A DNA stretch of 64,000 nt. Source: Tubulanus polymorphus. Taxonomy: Eukaryota; Animalia; Nemertea. The stretch is taken from assembly GCF_964204645.1 (NCBI RefSeq), contig NC_134027.1:11068485-11132484 (forward strand). The letters run 5' to 3'. Under the pieces are notes generated by a model that worked only from the letters and a program-made list of their open reading frames with translations, was not told the DNA's origin and ran no database searches. Numbering within the stretch: the stretch's first letter is position 1; every line of letters starts with the position of its first letter. Below are positions 37,001 to 49,180 of this stretch, piece after piece. The translations under genes and the position numbers were made by a program.

Positions 37001-40000
37001 TTTTTGAAGCCCTCGAATAATGCGGAAATTGATGTTTGATTAGCAATTTGTTTATTTCGAAGAAAACCGATGAAAAGTCATGCCCAAATGAGATGAAGTT
37101 TGGAAGTGACCTGTTCCACGATATACGTGATGTTCGATGTTCAAGCTGATATCGAACCTTTTATGTACATTCAGCCAACGACGATCTCTTTATGTTATGT
37201 ATATGCGAGATGCAGTTTTATTAACAGAGGTCATCCTTATGAATTGTAAAAGAAGAAGAAGTCAAATCGAATGAATTATTTTACGAATAGAATCGTCAAC
37301 CGTATTGGAACTATATCTGCCTACTGGGGCCAGTTGCATACTCGTGGCTTAGACTTGAGACCAGTCTAAGACCAACTTAGTTCTAAAGCCAATCTAACAA
37401 CTTAAGACCAGTCTTAAGACCACTTTTGGACTTAAGTCATGACTGTGCAACTGGCCCCTGAAGTTATGAAGGCACAGATCTACAGGGTGCTTCTGAGGCT
37501 ACAGGACCCCCTTAAGAAGATTTCCTTTGTATTATTTGTTTTCAGTTTTTCAACGCTACGTGTCAAAGTACTTGGTACATTTTACGTATGAGATGATCAT
37601 CAAGCCTAAGTGTCTAAAAAACATTCAGAATGCATAAAAAATAAGAATAAAATTTTGCAAATTTGGGAATGACCAGTAGAGCTTTGAGAAAATCCAGGAT
37701 TCGCCCCCTGGAAGCACCAGTCAGTTAATTCGTTCAAGGCTGGACTAATCATTGGAAAGATTATGAACGGAAAACTAATTACTAACTGTATAGATGTCGA
37801 GATACCTCCGAGTAATGATAGTGCTCCAACTTTAATTTAACATCTGCGTATTGTTAACCGGTGCTCTGATCTCCAAAGCCATATATCACTTGATTTCACT
37901 GTTACATGGGGGGGAATAGGAGATTGTCGTATTTGATTGCAGGCAGGCTCTCTTAAACGCTTAAAGGGTAAAAGACGCTCTGCACTTTCTTTCTAAATTC
38001 AGCGGTCTTCCGCAATACTTGTGTCATGATTCTTTTTTTAATGCCAAACGGGTTGGACCCTGTATTATCGACTGACCCCGTTAATCTGGATCAGATTAAT
38101 CCATACTTCAGTGTAATAATCTGGATCAGATTAATCCATACTTCAGTGTAATAATCTGGATCAGATTAATCCATACTTCAGTGTAATAATCTGGATCAGA
38201 TTAATCCATACTTCAGTGTAATAATCTGGATCAGGGTAATCCATACTTCAGTGTGATCCAATAGAAATCACCGATTTCAATTTTATTCACAATGTTATCC
38301 ATGTAATTAATGTCGATTTTTCTTTCGATTGTTGTAGGCTGGGATAAACATTCATACGGTTACCACGGCGATGACGGTCACTCGTTTTGTTCATCGGGCA
38401 CGGGACATCCGTACGGCCCTACGTTCACTACGGGCGACGTTATAGGATGCTGTGTGAATATGATTGATAATACTTGTTTCTACACGAAGAACGGCGTCAA
38501 TTTAGGAGTAGCATTCTCAGATCTTCCCATCAGTGTAAGTCGCTAGTAGAAATATTTCGCTAAGATGAAGTCCCGTTCATGTGTTTAATGTTTTGGTCCG
38601 ATTGCTGAAATTTGGCTCTGGCCTGGTCGGACAGAACAGGTACAGATGCATTTGGCACGGGCCAAAAATGCTCGTGTGATCGCGGCTTATGTGCGACTGG
38701 GGGTCGAGCTCTGAGTAGCAGCTGAGATGTTGCTTATTCCCCAGTGATCGATGGCTGGAAGTAGTAAGAATTAGGCAAGAGGTCCTATACCTTCATCTTG
38801 GCACTTTTGAAATTGATAGAAAATATTGATGATTGTGATAGATATCAGTTATCTTAACCACTGGTGAAACACTTCGTCCACGCTGGATGATGATATAAAA
38901 GCCCACACTTAAGCGTAAGTCAGGTCGACTAAGATTCGATCGGATCGTAAGTAGTCAAGTCTGCAATTGTTTAATCGGGAACCTTTTCGAGACACGAGTT
39001 TACTTACGACCGCGACGGATTGACCGCAGACTGATGGTGGGCGAATCGTAGGGATAGAACGAGTTTTCTACGACTGATCTTACAACAATGATCATTTCCT
39101 AGAACTGATCTTAATGTCTTAGCCAATCGGCTGTGAGTCACACGACTTTTAGCGTTTGTTTGGTCACATCATAGATGGCGCTAGACTCGACGATGATGGC
39201 GTTGTCGTCGACCCGAGTGCTCTTAGGAGCGTGGGACAAACCAATTGCCAATCAGTGGTCAGGTGTGTGTACTGTCGCTGTTCTTTCGACGATCTAGTCA
39301 GGTCGTAAGTCGACCTGAGTTGGGCTTTATGTTCATTGAATCGTAGGGCTATATGTACTTCCCTAGTTTGCTCTACTTTAAACCTGTTACGTTAGTAACT
39401 GTTTTCATGCTGCATATTACCTTCTTACCTACTTTTGTATTCCCACAACTCATTGCTTAATTAGTATCTCTTTTGTTCCAGATTGTATATATAATATAAG
39501 AACAGAGAGATTAATTAAGCAATAAGCTTATACAGCATGAAAAATAATTTTTATAGTAACACTAGTAACAGAAGATGAACATCAAGATAGTCGAAAAGTC
39601 GAATAAATACTAGCTCAAGGAAACATATCAAGACTTTTTTTTTATCATTAAGTGTGGGATTTTATATCAGTAACCTTATTATTATTAGGCCTACGATAGA
39701 TTATAAACATTATCATTGCACTCGCTGTGTCTTATACCGAGACAGAAGAAAAATATATGAACTCAATGTACTCAGTTATCGGCACTAAAATTTCATCTCC
39801 ATCAACTCTCATATGCGTTTGAATGAGATGAATGAATTGAGAACATTGTACATATATGATTATCATTTCTCGATCTCGTTTTTGTATTTCAGTCAAATCT
39901 CTACCCAACTGTTGGCTTACAAACACCGGGAGAAGTTGTGGAGGCGAATTTTGGACAGCATCCATTCGTGTTTGATATTGAAGATTATATGCATGTACGT

Positions 40001-43000
40001 ACATTATCAGCGCACTCTTTGTTAAAACCTTCGAGCTCCCTAATTCTTACACTGGACCCCCATAGGTTCCCAGCTGAAAATTCGAACCAATGTATTTCGA
40101 ACCAATGTACTGTATAGAATTACGTCATTTTGCGATGCAGACCCACTAGAATTATGCAGATCAAAGAAATCGGGAGGTGGGGGCCTAAAAGTTAAAAGAG
40201 AAGGCATCGGAAAAAGCAGCTGCGTCAAAGGCCACAGTAGGGTCCAACCCACAGCCACGGTGTTAGATTATATTTTTGAAGAAATTCATCAAATTGATTC
40301 AATTCCTGAGAAGATTGGTGTCAAATTTGCATCTCTATCTTTGCGAAAAGGGCAACTTTTATATTTGAAGAGTGTAAGACATGTATCCGCAACCCCAAAT
40401 CTGCAACCTGCTCACTTCTATAGTAACCTAGTAACTAGCCAGCTAGGATCTAAGTGTTAATGACTGTTGAAACCCTATGACAAAAATCCATGGAATCCAT
40501 GGAGACAACAATAAACTCAGTTATTCATATCAGTTCTTGTAATGCCATGTGATATTGCTCGCTGATTGATTATTCAGCTGTGGATGTTTTGCAAAACTCA
40601 AAACATCCACCGCACACGGGATGAAAAACATTTTTAACTACACAAAACATTTTTCGCAAATCAAGCAGTGCTTGATTTTCTGTTCGGCGTTTTGTGTTTG
40701 GTATGACTTCCCCGCACACGGCATAACAAAAAACATCGAAAACATTTTTTCATAAGGAAAAAACGTTTTTTCGGTGCCGTGTGCGGTGGGCTTTAATGAT
40801 TTCAAACATTACCCTAAATTTACTGTTGGGTTTTTTTAACGATTTGTAGGAATGGAAACAGAAAACTAGAACAACTATTGATAGATTCCCTGTAAACGAT
40901 ATCAAAGGAGAATGGCAAACAGCCTTACAAAAGTACGTTCTGATTATTTTGTTTCACCTCGAGAACAATTTCTAGTGGAACTTGGGGGGGGGGTACCGGT
41001 ACATCACCAGATGGCCTGACTTACTGTTGGTGTTACACAGTCGTAATTAGTGGATTCTCGATACATTTGTACACTAAGAACTGGATCTTTAGGCTTCCAA
41101 ACTGAAAAATCATCATAAAAGCTGTTTGAAAAGATACTGAAGCGTCCGAATCAAAAAATCATCGGTGTTTGTTCAAGTTATCACTGATGATGAAGTCCTT
41201 AATGTATAGATAAAATTAAACGAAAGTAGTCAGGGCCATCTTTGTTTCATCAACCTGGTTGAACCAGGGTTTAACTGAGTTCAATATACATAAACCAATG
41301 TGTATGCAGTTTGTACATAGGACGTAAATCTATATTACCATACGCTGAGTGAAAACTCGTCTTATATTTATAGGTTTATAGGTTTATAAAATTTGAATTC
41401 AGGAGCCTAAAAATCCAGTTCAAAATTGAAAATCATCTTAAGCCAGTTGCTCAAAAGTTGGTTAGCAGTTAAGAATTAAAAGTTCATTGTAACTATGGTA
41501 TTCATACGCCGGTCATCTTTAAACAACCTTTGAGCAACTGGCCCCTGGTATCTGCCGGTACCCATATGCTACAGTGAAGCGATGTGGATGTCCCCATTTT
41601 GAGAAATGCTAGATATTATATATGTACGTATGATTTTCATGATTATTACAGAATAGTGTCAACGTATCTGGTACATCATGGTTATTGCGCTACGGCCGAG
41701 TCATTCGCGCGCAACACCGGTCAGGCTTTTCAGGAAGAACTCGCATCCATCAAAAACAGACAAAGTAAGCTCTTGAACTACGTTTTAAAACCAGTACAGT
41801 CAACTCTCAATTATCGGCTACTCGTGCGTCGAATGGCTTTACAGTGGATCATTGAAGAAGTGGATGAATGAACAGAATTTTGCAAATTAGAAAACTGGGG
41901 CGGCGGGAGATAGGCCTAATCGAGGTTTGACTCGGCATGCATGGATTATAGTAGATAAACAACTGCGACTATAATTGCACGTAGCCCTAATTCATGAATC
42001 GATAAACTAAAGGCTACTATAATACTGTTGATCTTCATTCCTTGGACTTTCACTCTTTTGTCACTTTAAATGAATGGTATACGTACACAGACATACATCG
42101 GTACACTATTCACAAAATCCATATGTGACCTACAGGGCCCTATAAAAAATCTACAGACTTTTGTAAATTAGACATTCGTCATCTGATGAGTACGTTACCC
42201 AAAGCGAAAATATTGGAAACATCTAAGACGATATTTTGAATAAAATTCATCTTACTGTACGTGCATTACCAGAGTAATGAAATACTCGTCATGTTCACCT
42301 TGCTATTAATTTTTTCACAAAATAACTTACGTAAAGTATGTTCAAAACATTGATAAAATAGTGTGGCTAGCACTGCTTCCCTTGCAACCTTATCTAAAGA
42401 TTCATTCTTAAAGCATTGATTATGTTGTGTTAGTTATATTTTATGCCATTGAAAATGGTGGGTTATCTATTTTAATAGTCAATTCTTAAAACCTTTCAGT
42501 GCTGACTAATTTATACCTTTAAGTGCTGGCAATAATTTGAAAATGTTAGAAAAATTCCCCCGGTGCATTGAATAATGGTCATTCTGTCATAATGCATCTA
42601 CACCACGTTGCGGTGTATCATTAGCCACTACTACATATTTCACTATGTTTGTGCTGCCATCTTCAATAGTGATACAAATGAATTACCAAATAACATGAAC
42701 AAACTGCGGTGCGATGTACTAGCAAAGTCCATCACTTATTTGTACACCGCACTGAAAGGGTTAAGGCTCACAAACATTGATTGTTTTGAAATTTTGAAAA
42801 ACTGAATCACGTGTAATGAATTTTATCTTAATTGTGTATAATTACAGGAATCCAAAAGCTAGTTTTAGCCGGTCGTATGGGCGAGGCAATCGAAACGACT
42901 CAACAGTTATACCCTGGACTTCTCGAACGCAATGCGAATTTATTGTTCATGCTTAAATGTAGACAGTTTATCGAAATGGTAAACGGCACGGACAGCGAGG

Positions 43001-45470
43001 TTCGCGGCGCCGCGTTTCGCAGTCCGAGATCTCGCCACGGCAGCGGCAGTGGCAGCACTAGTCCCGTTCATTCGAATATCCATAGCAATCGTCCAGCTCA
43101 CAGTCCGAATCGGATTATACAGACTAGTAGTAGTAGTAACAACAAAGCACAGCAACAACAACAACAACAATCAAACGATTTATCGACGATATCCGAACAA
43201 CACATGAACGCGGCGAATTCGGCGATGAACGGCGATTCGGGTGCGGATAGTCGCGTAGTTGATCTCAACGATATCGAAATGGAGGATCACTCCACGGAGG
43301 AAAGCCGCGTTATCAGTAACGGTAACGCAACGAACGGCGTCATTAACGGTACCAGTCACGTCGAATGCGACATGGGTAAGTTCGTTACGGATTATATTTT
43401 CGACTGATTATAGGCCTATCAACGTGATGGTGTGTACTCGTGTGAATTATTATCAAGCTGGTTTGACTACGTAGCAGGGTTCCTACAGGGGAGTCTACGG
43501 TAATTGGGCATATGAAAATGATGCAGACACTTCCTTGCAATTTGAAATTTTCTCCTTGAAATCTCCTTACCGTATCTCCAGGAATGACTGATCTGTAGAG
43601 ACCCTGTATTATCGACCACCTTAATCCACGGATCAGATTAATCCATACTTCAATGTGATCCAAACATAATTTGTGGTTCACTAATACATAACTTCGTAAA
43701 ATATTTTGTTTAAACTGGATTAATTGCATCAGTCTGAAATGATCCAGATCAATGGAATTTACTGTATAAAGCTCGTGGAAATTTGGTTGTGATTTGCTGG
43801 TAATGGTATTAACTATGATTTAATGATGTATATGTAGAAGTTGACTCCAGTTCGCAAAAGAGGCAATTGTGCGGCGGAAATCAAGCGGCGATCGAAAAAA
43901 TGCTACAATACGGACGAGAATTACAAGCCATGAGTGTTCAACTACGCAGGGAATATGGAAAAAATGAGTCAAATAAAAAAGCATTGCAGGTTCGTTTATT
44001 TCATCGACGAAGGTATTCCCCTCCCTCACCCCATTATTGTCCACACTTCTCATGTTATTGAGACATTGGAGGGGGACCAAGCTTTAGACTGCAGGTTTCA
44101 TACCACATACTCCTTGAAAGCAGCTCTATACTGAAAATTAATTTTCAAGGATCTCTTATTTTGAGAATATATTCTAAGAATCCACGAAAATCTTCTTTTC
44201 AAAATTTCAATGTACACCTGATTTTGGTCTGCGACAATGGTTCCTGGCTTAATTGGCAAAAGACTTTAATACATGAATACATAAATGAATAGTGGTATAC
44301 GTCTTGATATTGCCATTGAAACCTCTTCAAATTTTGATTTTTCTCTTTGAATACTCCTCAAAGACGTCCTCAAATTTTAGAATGACCGAATACGTGTAGC
44401 ATAAAGCCTGTACCTGCAAAATTCATTCAGCAATCAGTTCAAGATTCTGCTTCATGTACTACAAGATTCTGGTTTCATCATTTCTCCTCTTCCAAACTAC
44501 CCGCAATGATATTTACTTGTACGTAAATGATATCGTGTCTTTTGTTCTAGGATGCATTTAGTTTGTTAGCTTATTCAGATCCATGGAATAGTCCAGTTGG
44601 TAATCAGCTATGTCCAGTAAGACGAGAGCCTATCTGTGCAGCTTTAAACAGTGCCATTTTAGGTAAGTAATGTTCGATCTCAATTAATTGTTCTAGTATC
44701 GGTAACTGTCGTTATACCTTACATGGTCTATGTCAATCGATTTTGTCATAAATTCTTGGCTGTGAGCACAATGGGATACCGGCACTCACCAGATGGCGCC
44801 ACAAAAAACTAGGTCATATGTGTTGTGAAAATTCAATTCATTTTCAATGAAATTTGAACTTGATAGTTAGGCTTCCAAATCTGAAAATATCAAATGAGTC
44901 ATCGCATACCGTAGATATAAGATTCACTTTCGCATTCAGTGTATGGTACAGATTTCACAGAAAATTGATTTGCTAATGAGAAAGGTTGATTACCGGTTGA
45001 ATTTTATTGAAATGTAGAAGGAAATTGAATCACGATAACCCAGTGCCCGATGGAACATCGCTGAATCCTCGCTTTGCGTTGTAGTGTTGCTGGTACCCCA
45101 TTCCATCAAGATGCTTGACATTAGCAAAATTTGTCGAGTAAAATAGTCTGCACTATCCAGATCATTTGATCAAACCAAGGAGTAATAAATCTAGATAAGA
45201 CATATTTCTATAATAGAATTTAAATGAAATCCAGATAAGATCAAATTTCTGGATTATCTCGATACAGATTGAGTGGGTTTCACTGTATTTCACTTTCCTT
45301 GGAACGATTATGAAATGTTCTTCTCCCCGTCATTTGCAGAGTCTCATGGATTGCCTAAGCAGCCTCCTCTCGAACTGGCGATCGGACAGGCCGCCGAATG
45401 TATGCACTTAATGTCGAAATCGGGCATCGGTTCCAGTGCCTTCGCCAGCATACACGATTATCTACAATAA
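25030..45470 (+). CDS. RANBP9: Ran-binding protein 9/10 (RanBPM, CTLH/GID E3 ligase scaffold), ~598 aa. Exons 25030-25243, 29074-29185, 33206-33258, 38338-38534, 39893-39994, 40850-40932, 41652-41764, 42848-43375, 43838-43989, 44551-44662, 45340-45470
   Basis: Eleven GT-AG exons join in frame (1797 nt). [28 protein letters not shown]; SPRY ([47 protein letters not shown]); LisH ([15 protein letters not shown]); CTLH ([15 protein letters not shown]); CRA ([12 protein letters not shown]). Probably a pro-ortholog of both RANBP9 and RANBP10; the start could be ATG 25054. Confidence 0.95.
27823..28267. mobile_element. hAT-like MITE with 6-bp TSD
   Basis: TIR CAGGGTTTCCAGCGGT / ACCACTGGAAACCCTG; TSD AAATTA; internal GTCCTTC repeats. 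Confidence 0.8.
28290..28327. mobile_element. 38-bp P-element-like mini-MITE
   Basis: 12-bp TIR CATGGACGTATA / TATACGTCCATG; 7-bp TSD GTTTAAC (28283-28289, 28328-28334). Confidence 0.65.
30520..30612 (+). mobile_element. LINE/SINE 3' tail (CR1/L2-like), partly duplicated at ~30740-30830
   Basis: CCATGGAAATGGTTGGAGAGTAATAAA followed by an (TTATC)n tail. Confidence 0.45.
31550..31843 (-). mobile_element. piggyBac-like MITE, copy 3 (inverted)
   Basis: TTAA TSDs; same TIRs; body is the reverse complement of 9522-9796. Confidence 0.9.
32819..33092 (+). mobile_element. piggyBac-like MITE, copy 4 (right TIR lost)
   Basis: Starts TTAA-CCCTTCCGGTGCTGACTAA; body colinear with copy 1; ends GTGTAGACGCAC. 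Confidence 0.8.
33446..33998 (+). repeat. Diverged tandem duplication, ~260-290-bp unit x2
   Basis: TGAATGGATTGATTGTCT...GTGACCATTGTTTTC...AAAATTGG...TCAATCAGACTC...GCCTGAAT occurs from ~33447 and from ~33703. Confidence 0.7.
36439..36573. mobile_element. PIF/Harbinger-like MITE; its right end plus flank is duplicated (~36547-36659 / ~36667-36786)
   Basis: CTG flanks; CCCAGTTCCTCAAAAGGTTGGTT / AACCAACTTTTAAGCAACAGGCCC; same family as 41442-41547, 45897-46032, 59566-59700. Confidence 0.7.
37225..37762 (+). mobile_element. CR1-type LINE ORF2 C-terminal remnant interrupted by two MITEs
   Basis: Frameshifted fragments RGHPYEL..., [11 protein letters not shown].(L)P, EV...A..SVNSFK...HWK, typical of CR1 RT C-termini. 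Confidence 0.6.
37324..37460. mobile_element. PIF/Harbinger-like MITE
   Basis: TSD CTG; TIR GGGCCAGTTGCA / TGCAACTGGCCC; internal TAAGACCA repeats. Confidence 0.8.
38082..38254 (+). repeat. Minisatellite, 35-bp unit x5
   Basis: TAATCTGGATCAGATTAATCCATACTTCAGTGTAA at 38082, 38117, 38152, 38187, 38222; first four identical; no spacers. Confidence 0.95.
42491..42760 (+). mobile_element. piggyBac-like MITE, copy 5
   Basis: CCTTTCAGTGCTGACTAA ... GCACTGAAAGGG-TTAA. Confidence 0.85.
44773..45099. mobile_element. MITE with GGG(A/G)TACC ends and possible AT TSD (ISL2EU/Harbinger-like); related copy ~40990-41563
   Basis: TIR GGGATACCGGCA / TGCTGGTACCCC, AT on both sides; both copies share CACCAGATGGC and TTAGGCTTCCAAA. 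Confidence 0.6.
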
Positions 45471-47381
45471 CGAACGGGTGAAATAAGAAAAAAGTTTTTA
45501 AAAACCTTTGTTAATTAGAACTGCTGGTTGGTATTATACAACAACACACCCTCGGATTGACAGTGTGCGTTTGCGTGACATGTGTGCGTGTTTGCGCGAT
45601 TTCGAATTCATTGAACGTTCGGTAAACTTCTGCTCAAATCTGCTCATTTCGCGACCATCACTCATTATCTATTCGCCTTCCCTCGGCGAGGATTTGAACT
45701 GATATGGCATAGGGCGTAACGACCACGGTATGATAGGCCGCTTAGCGGAATATTCTAATGTGCATGGCTAGTTGATTGCGACGTTGATGATATCGTTAAT
45801 CAGAAATTGCATATCAATAAATCTTACGGAATGGCAAATATTTCAACAACTAGTTTGATTTGGTCCATTTATGTAATGTGTGATGATACCAAGCGCGGGT
45901 CGGTTGCTCAACAACAGTTGGTTAAAGATAACGGGCGGATAAATATTGTAGTAACTATGAAATTTTAATTGTCACTATTCATGTATGTCTATACTGGTTA
46001 ACTAATACCATCTATTGAGCAATTGGCCCCTGTACTCTCAACTCAATATGACGAGGGACATACTGTTGATACCATTCCGCTTCTTTTTCACTGTTGAGAA
46101 TAAAAGCAATGGAGTATGCATCAACTTCATTCTCAGATGGCTCTGGCTGCACGAACTTGTATGGATTGGACGCAACCAGAACTGCAGGCAGAAACAAATC
46201 TTTCCTTTCATAGCTATCACGGCACAATAAGCATGATTAGGATCATCGAAAGATTATCTTCAGGAATAACTTTCGAAATCAACAATATACTGCCTTAATC
46301 GCTGTTCAATTATTTAGATTCAGTGTTTCGTGAAATTTCCGTATGGTGAATAAAGAACGTGATACTGTTCTGGGCCTCGCTCGCTATATCATCGAGTTCA
46401 AATCCTCGCCACGTCGGAGGATGTCTGCATCTCACGGATGAAAAATTCTGATGAAGCTAGAAGTTTGTAATATTGTACATACCAGCGAACCTTGTGTGAC
46501 ATTTATTTCAAGTGATTGATTTGACAGATACAAATGATTTGAAGCGTACGAAGAAGCCTCGATAGTTGATAGTAGCGTGTATGAGGACAAAACATTACCG
46601 GACATTAGTTTTATTCCGCCATGCGGAATTGAGCGATTTTTCCCGCGACTCGGAATTCGTAGTTGAACTTTTCGCAGAACCAGATATTAATCCCGTTTCG
46701 CTATGTATATGTATAGGTTTGTAACGATGATGTCTACAAGAAAATGAGTTAGGGGGTTATACAAGTATATATGTGTGTGTATAGTTAATTGTTGTGCGCG
46801 CTACCAAGCGCTGCCATGGCAGCCATATTGACTGAAGTAATAGTAATGGCGATGATGATGAAAATGATGATGTATAAATTTAAAGTTTGAATAAATCTTT
46901 ATTAATGTTTATTATTTAAGAGGTTGTTGTACAGATGCAAAGTTCCTGATGGAATTGTAACTTATATTTTATTGTGTGATTTAGACAAGAACACCGTAAC
47001 TAGGTGGATAAGTGATATTGTTGGTCGTAATGCCGCGTGGTACCTCAGTCATTATTGTAATTAGCTTCCCGGGAGTCGGTTTTATAGACTAGTTTAACTT
47101 CCAGAGAGGTGACGGTCGGGTTTATGCCAGTAACGATATGCGAAAATCGTCATCGATGGCGCGCAACAGATCGAAAATCGGTTATTCCCAGCTTTGGCAG
47201 CATGAGTTGGTTGAGAGGTGTGATAAGAATCCTGTTGTTGAAGGGTTTACCTCTGTGGCCTCTTGCACAGTAATTTCAAAGCCCATTGCAGATATAACTA
47301 TTTTAAACTGGTCTGGTGCTAATTGAGTTGACATTTGATTTAGTACGTCGAAACCAGTATATAAATCTGGCTCCCAGTGGT

Positions 47382-47662
47382 CATCCTCCTCGGCAGGGAT
47401 TCGAACCTGATGACATCGCTTGACTCAAGACACGGCACAAAACCCGCCACACTTAACCGGGCACGCAGGTATATGCGCAGGTCAGCCGTGCGAAAAGTTG
47501 CGGCACCTATATAAGGGCGCTATAAATGGAAAACCGGATAAAAAAGGATTGGATTGGCTTATAATGACATCATCTAATCTGGGCACTATGTCTAGTGTGG
47601 CAGCGTTTCATACCGTGGCGAGTCTCTATGCCGTCAGGTTCGAATCCCTGCCGGGGAGGATG
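47382..47662. mobile_element. Second, inverted copy of the B-box-TIR MITE, in the RANBP9/10 3' region
   Basis: CATCCTCCTCGGCAGGGATTCGAACCTGATG ... TCAGGTTCGAATCCCTGCCGGGGAGGATG; no TSD recognisable. Confidence 0.8.
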
Positions 47663-47669
47663 GCTCTAT

Positions 47670-47890
47670 CAGAGCTGCCAACCGTTACTGATTTTCAGTA
47701 TTTGTTACTCTTTTATAACGAGAAATACTGATTTGATTTGTTCGATGAGTACAGAGATATGAAAGATGTTACTGAGGGTATAAGTGTTGATTACTGATTG
47801 ATTGAACCTTTTCTTACATATTTCGATGAGATGTTACTGAAAAAAGTTCAATTTGTTACTGATAGCACTTTTTGTGAGGTTGGCAGCCTG
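47670..47890. mobile_element. hAT-like MITE (6-bp TSD)
   Basis: TIR CAGAGCTGCCAACC / GGTTGGCAGCCTG; TSD CTCTAT/TTCTAT; repeated GTTACTGA motifs. Confidence 0.65.
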
Positions 47891-49070
47891 TTCTATCCCT
47901 GTTTTGCTCAGTGGTTAACTCAAGTGTTTATGAATTGAGTTAATTCCCAGTTTCACTTCAAGGAAGTAATGAAGAAATGAAATCGATTGAGATGAACTCT
48001 TCATTGCTAAACGGGAAGCTAGTCTATAAAACTTACCTCCAGCTAATTATATTTGCTGACACGAGCATGTATGATTATTACGTACACAAAGTTCTATATA
48101 AAGAGGTCCCACCCGTAATGACGAAGGCAAATCTGTAGGTTGAGTCTAATCTTGCTCATTTCATCTCTACCGTATGTACAGCATAAGGGATTTTGACCGA
48201 TGGCTTTCAAATTGTAGGTACACCGATGCGATTCCTATTATGATCATTGTACGCTACTACAGGTCGTAGTTATATTGTAAATGTAGACTGAATATATTGT
48301 TACCGATACATGTATTAGTACGGGCTTCGTTAAGTTATCAAGAGAGATACCGCGGTTCGTGTGTGTATTTCCCTATTTTTCATTTTTCAAAACTTCCACA
48401 ATGATATTATGTATGAAAAACCGGAGCGTGAAAACTCCTCGTTCTAGTTCAGCTGTTTATGAAATAGTAATGCAGGTATCAACCACGCACGTCTCTTGGA
48501 TATTCGATACTTTATCACCATTTTGCCTTCAGAATATTCACCTGCAACATATTAATCGAGAAAGTATGGGAATACTTATACAACAGCCAGTCATTTCAAG
48601 GGCGTATCTAGGATTCTTAGAATGGGGTGGAACTGAAATTTGAATGAGCACTTAATTCGATAAGGGCATATTTGGCAATGCGAGGGCTTCAAGCGCAAAA
48701 ACCTCCAACAGAAAATGTAGGACAAAAATTGACTTTTCTGGCCTTGATCACGGCCCATTTGGATTATTTTTCTTCTTTTCAAAAATTGTCTTAGCAAAAA
48801 ATGTTTTTCCAGACCATTTGGATGGCACATTTGAATTTTGAGGGGAGGACTAGTCCACCCTGCATTAACCTGCCCTTCTATCACGTTAGCATTACAATGA
48901 CTTTAAGCTACAATGGTCAAGTAGTGACTGCAGCTGGTTGATACCTGCATAAGCATTGCTTAGTAATGTTTAGGGGTATTCTAAGATCGCCATGCTGAAG
49001 AATTGATGCCCATCGCGGAGCAAGGTCATCTTAGGAGGTCCAAATTTATCATGGTATAATAAAAGAGCAG

Positions 49071-49180
49071 GTCCCGATTTTATAGACTGGTATTAACTTT
49101 AACCCGGGGGCTAACTCAATTGAAATTGAATTGAGTTAGCCCCCGGGTTTAAAGTAAATACCAGTCTATAAAACTGGCCC
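49071..49180. mobile_element. Almost fully palindromic PIF/Harbinger-like MITE
   Basis: TSD CAG; arms TTTTATAGACTGGTATTAACTTTAACCCGGGGGCTAACTCAATT / AATTGAGTTAGCCCCCGGGTTTAAAGTAAATACCAGTCTATAAAA. Confidence 0.8.

Noticed and set aside
38082-38254. 35-bp direct repeats as a CRISPR array
   Set aside because: Units are contiguous with no unique spacers, there are no cas genes, and the context is a eukaryotic intron
42193-42235. CTGATGAG...GAAA hammerhead candidate (also ~41184-41230, ~46448, ~3099-3125)
   Set aside because: Core nucleotides are partly present but helix II and helix I cannot be paired convincingly
43126-43170. Poly-S/N/Q tract in RANBP9/10 exon 8
   Set aside because: Low-complexity linker between CTLH and CRA is expected in this family
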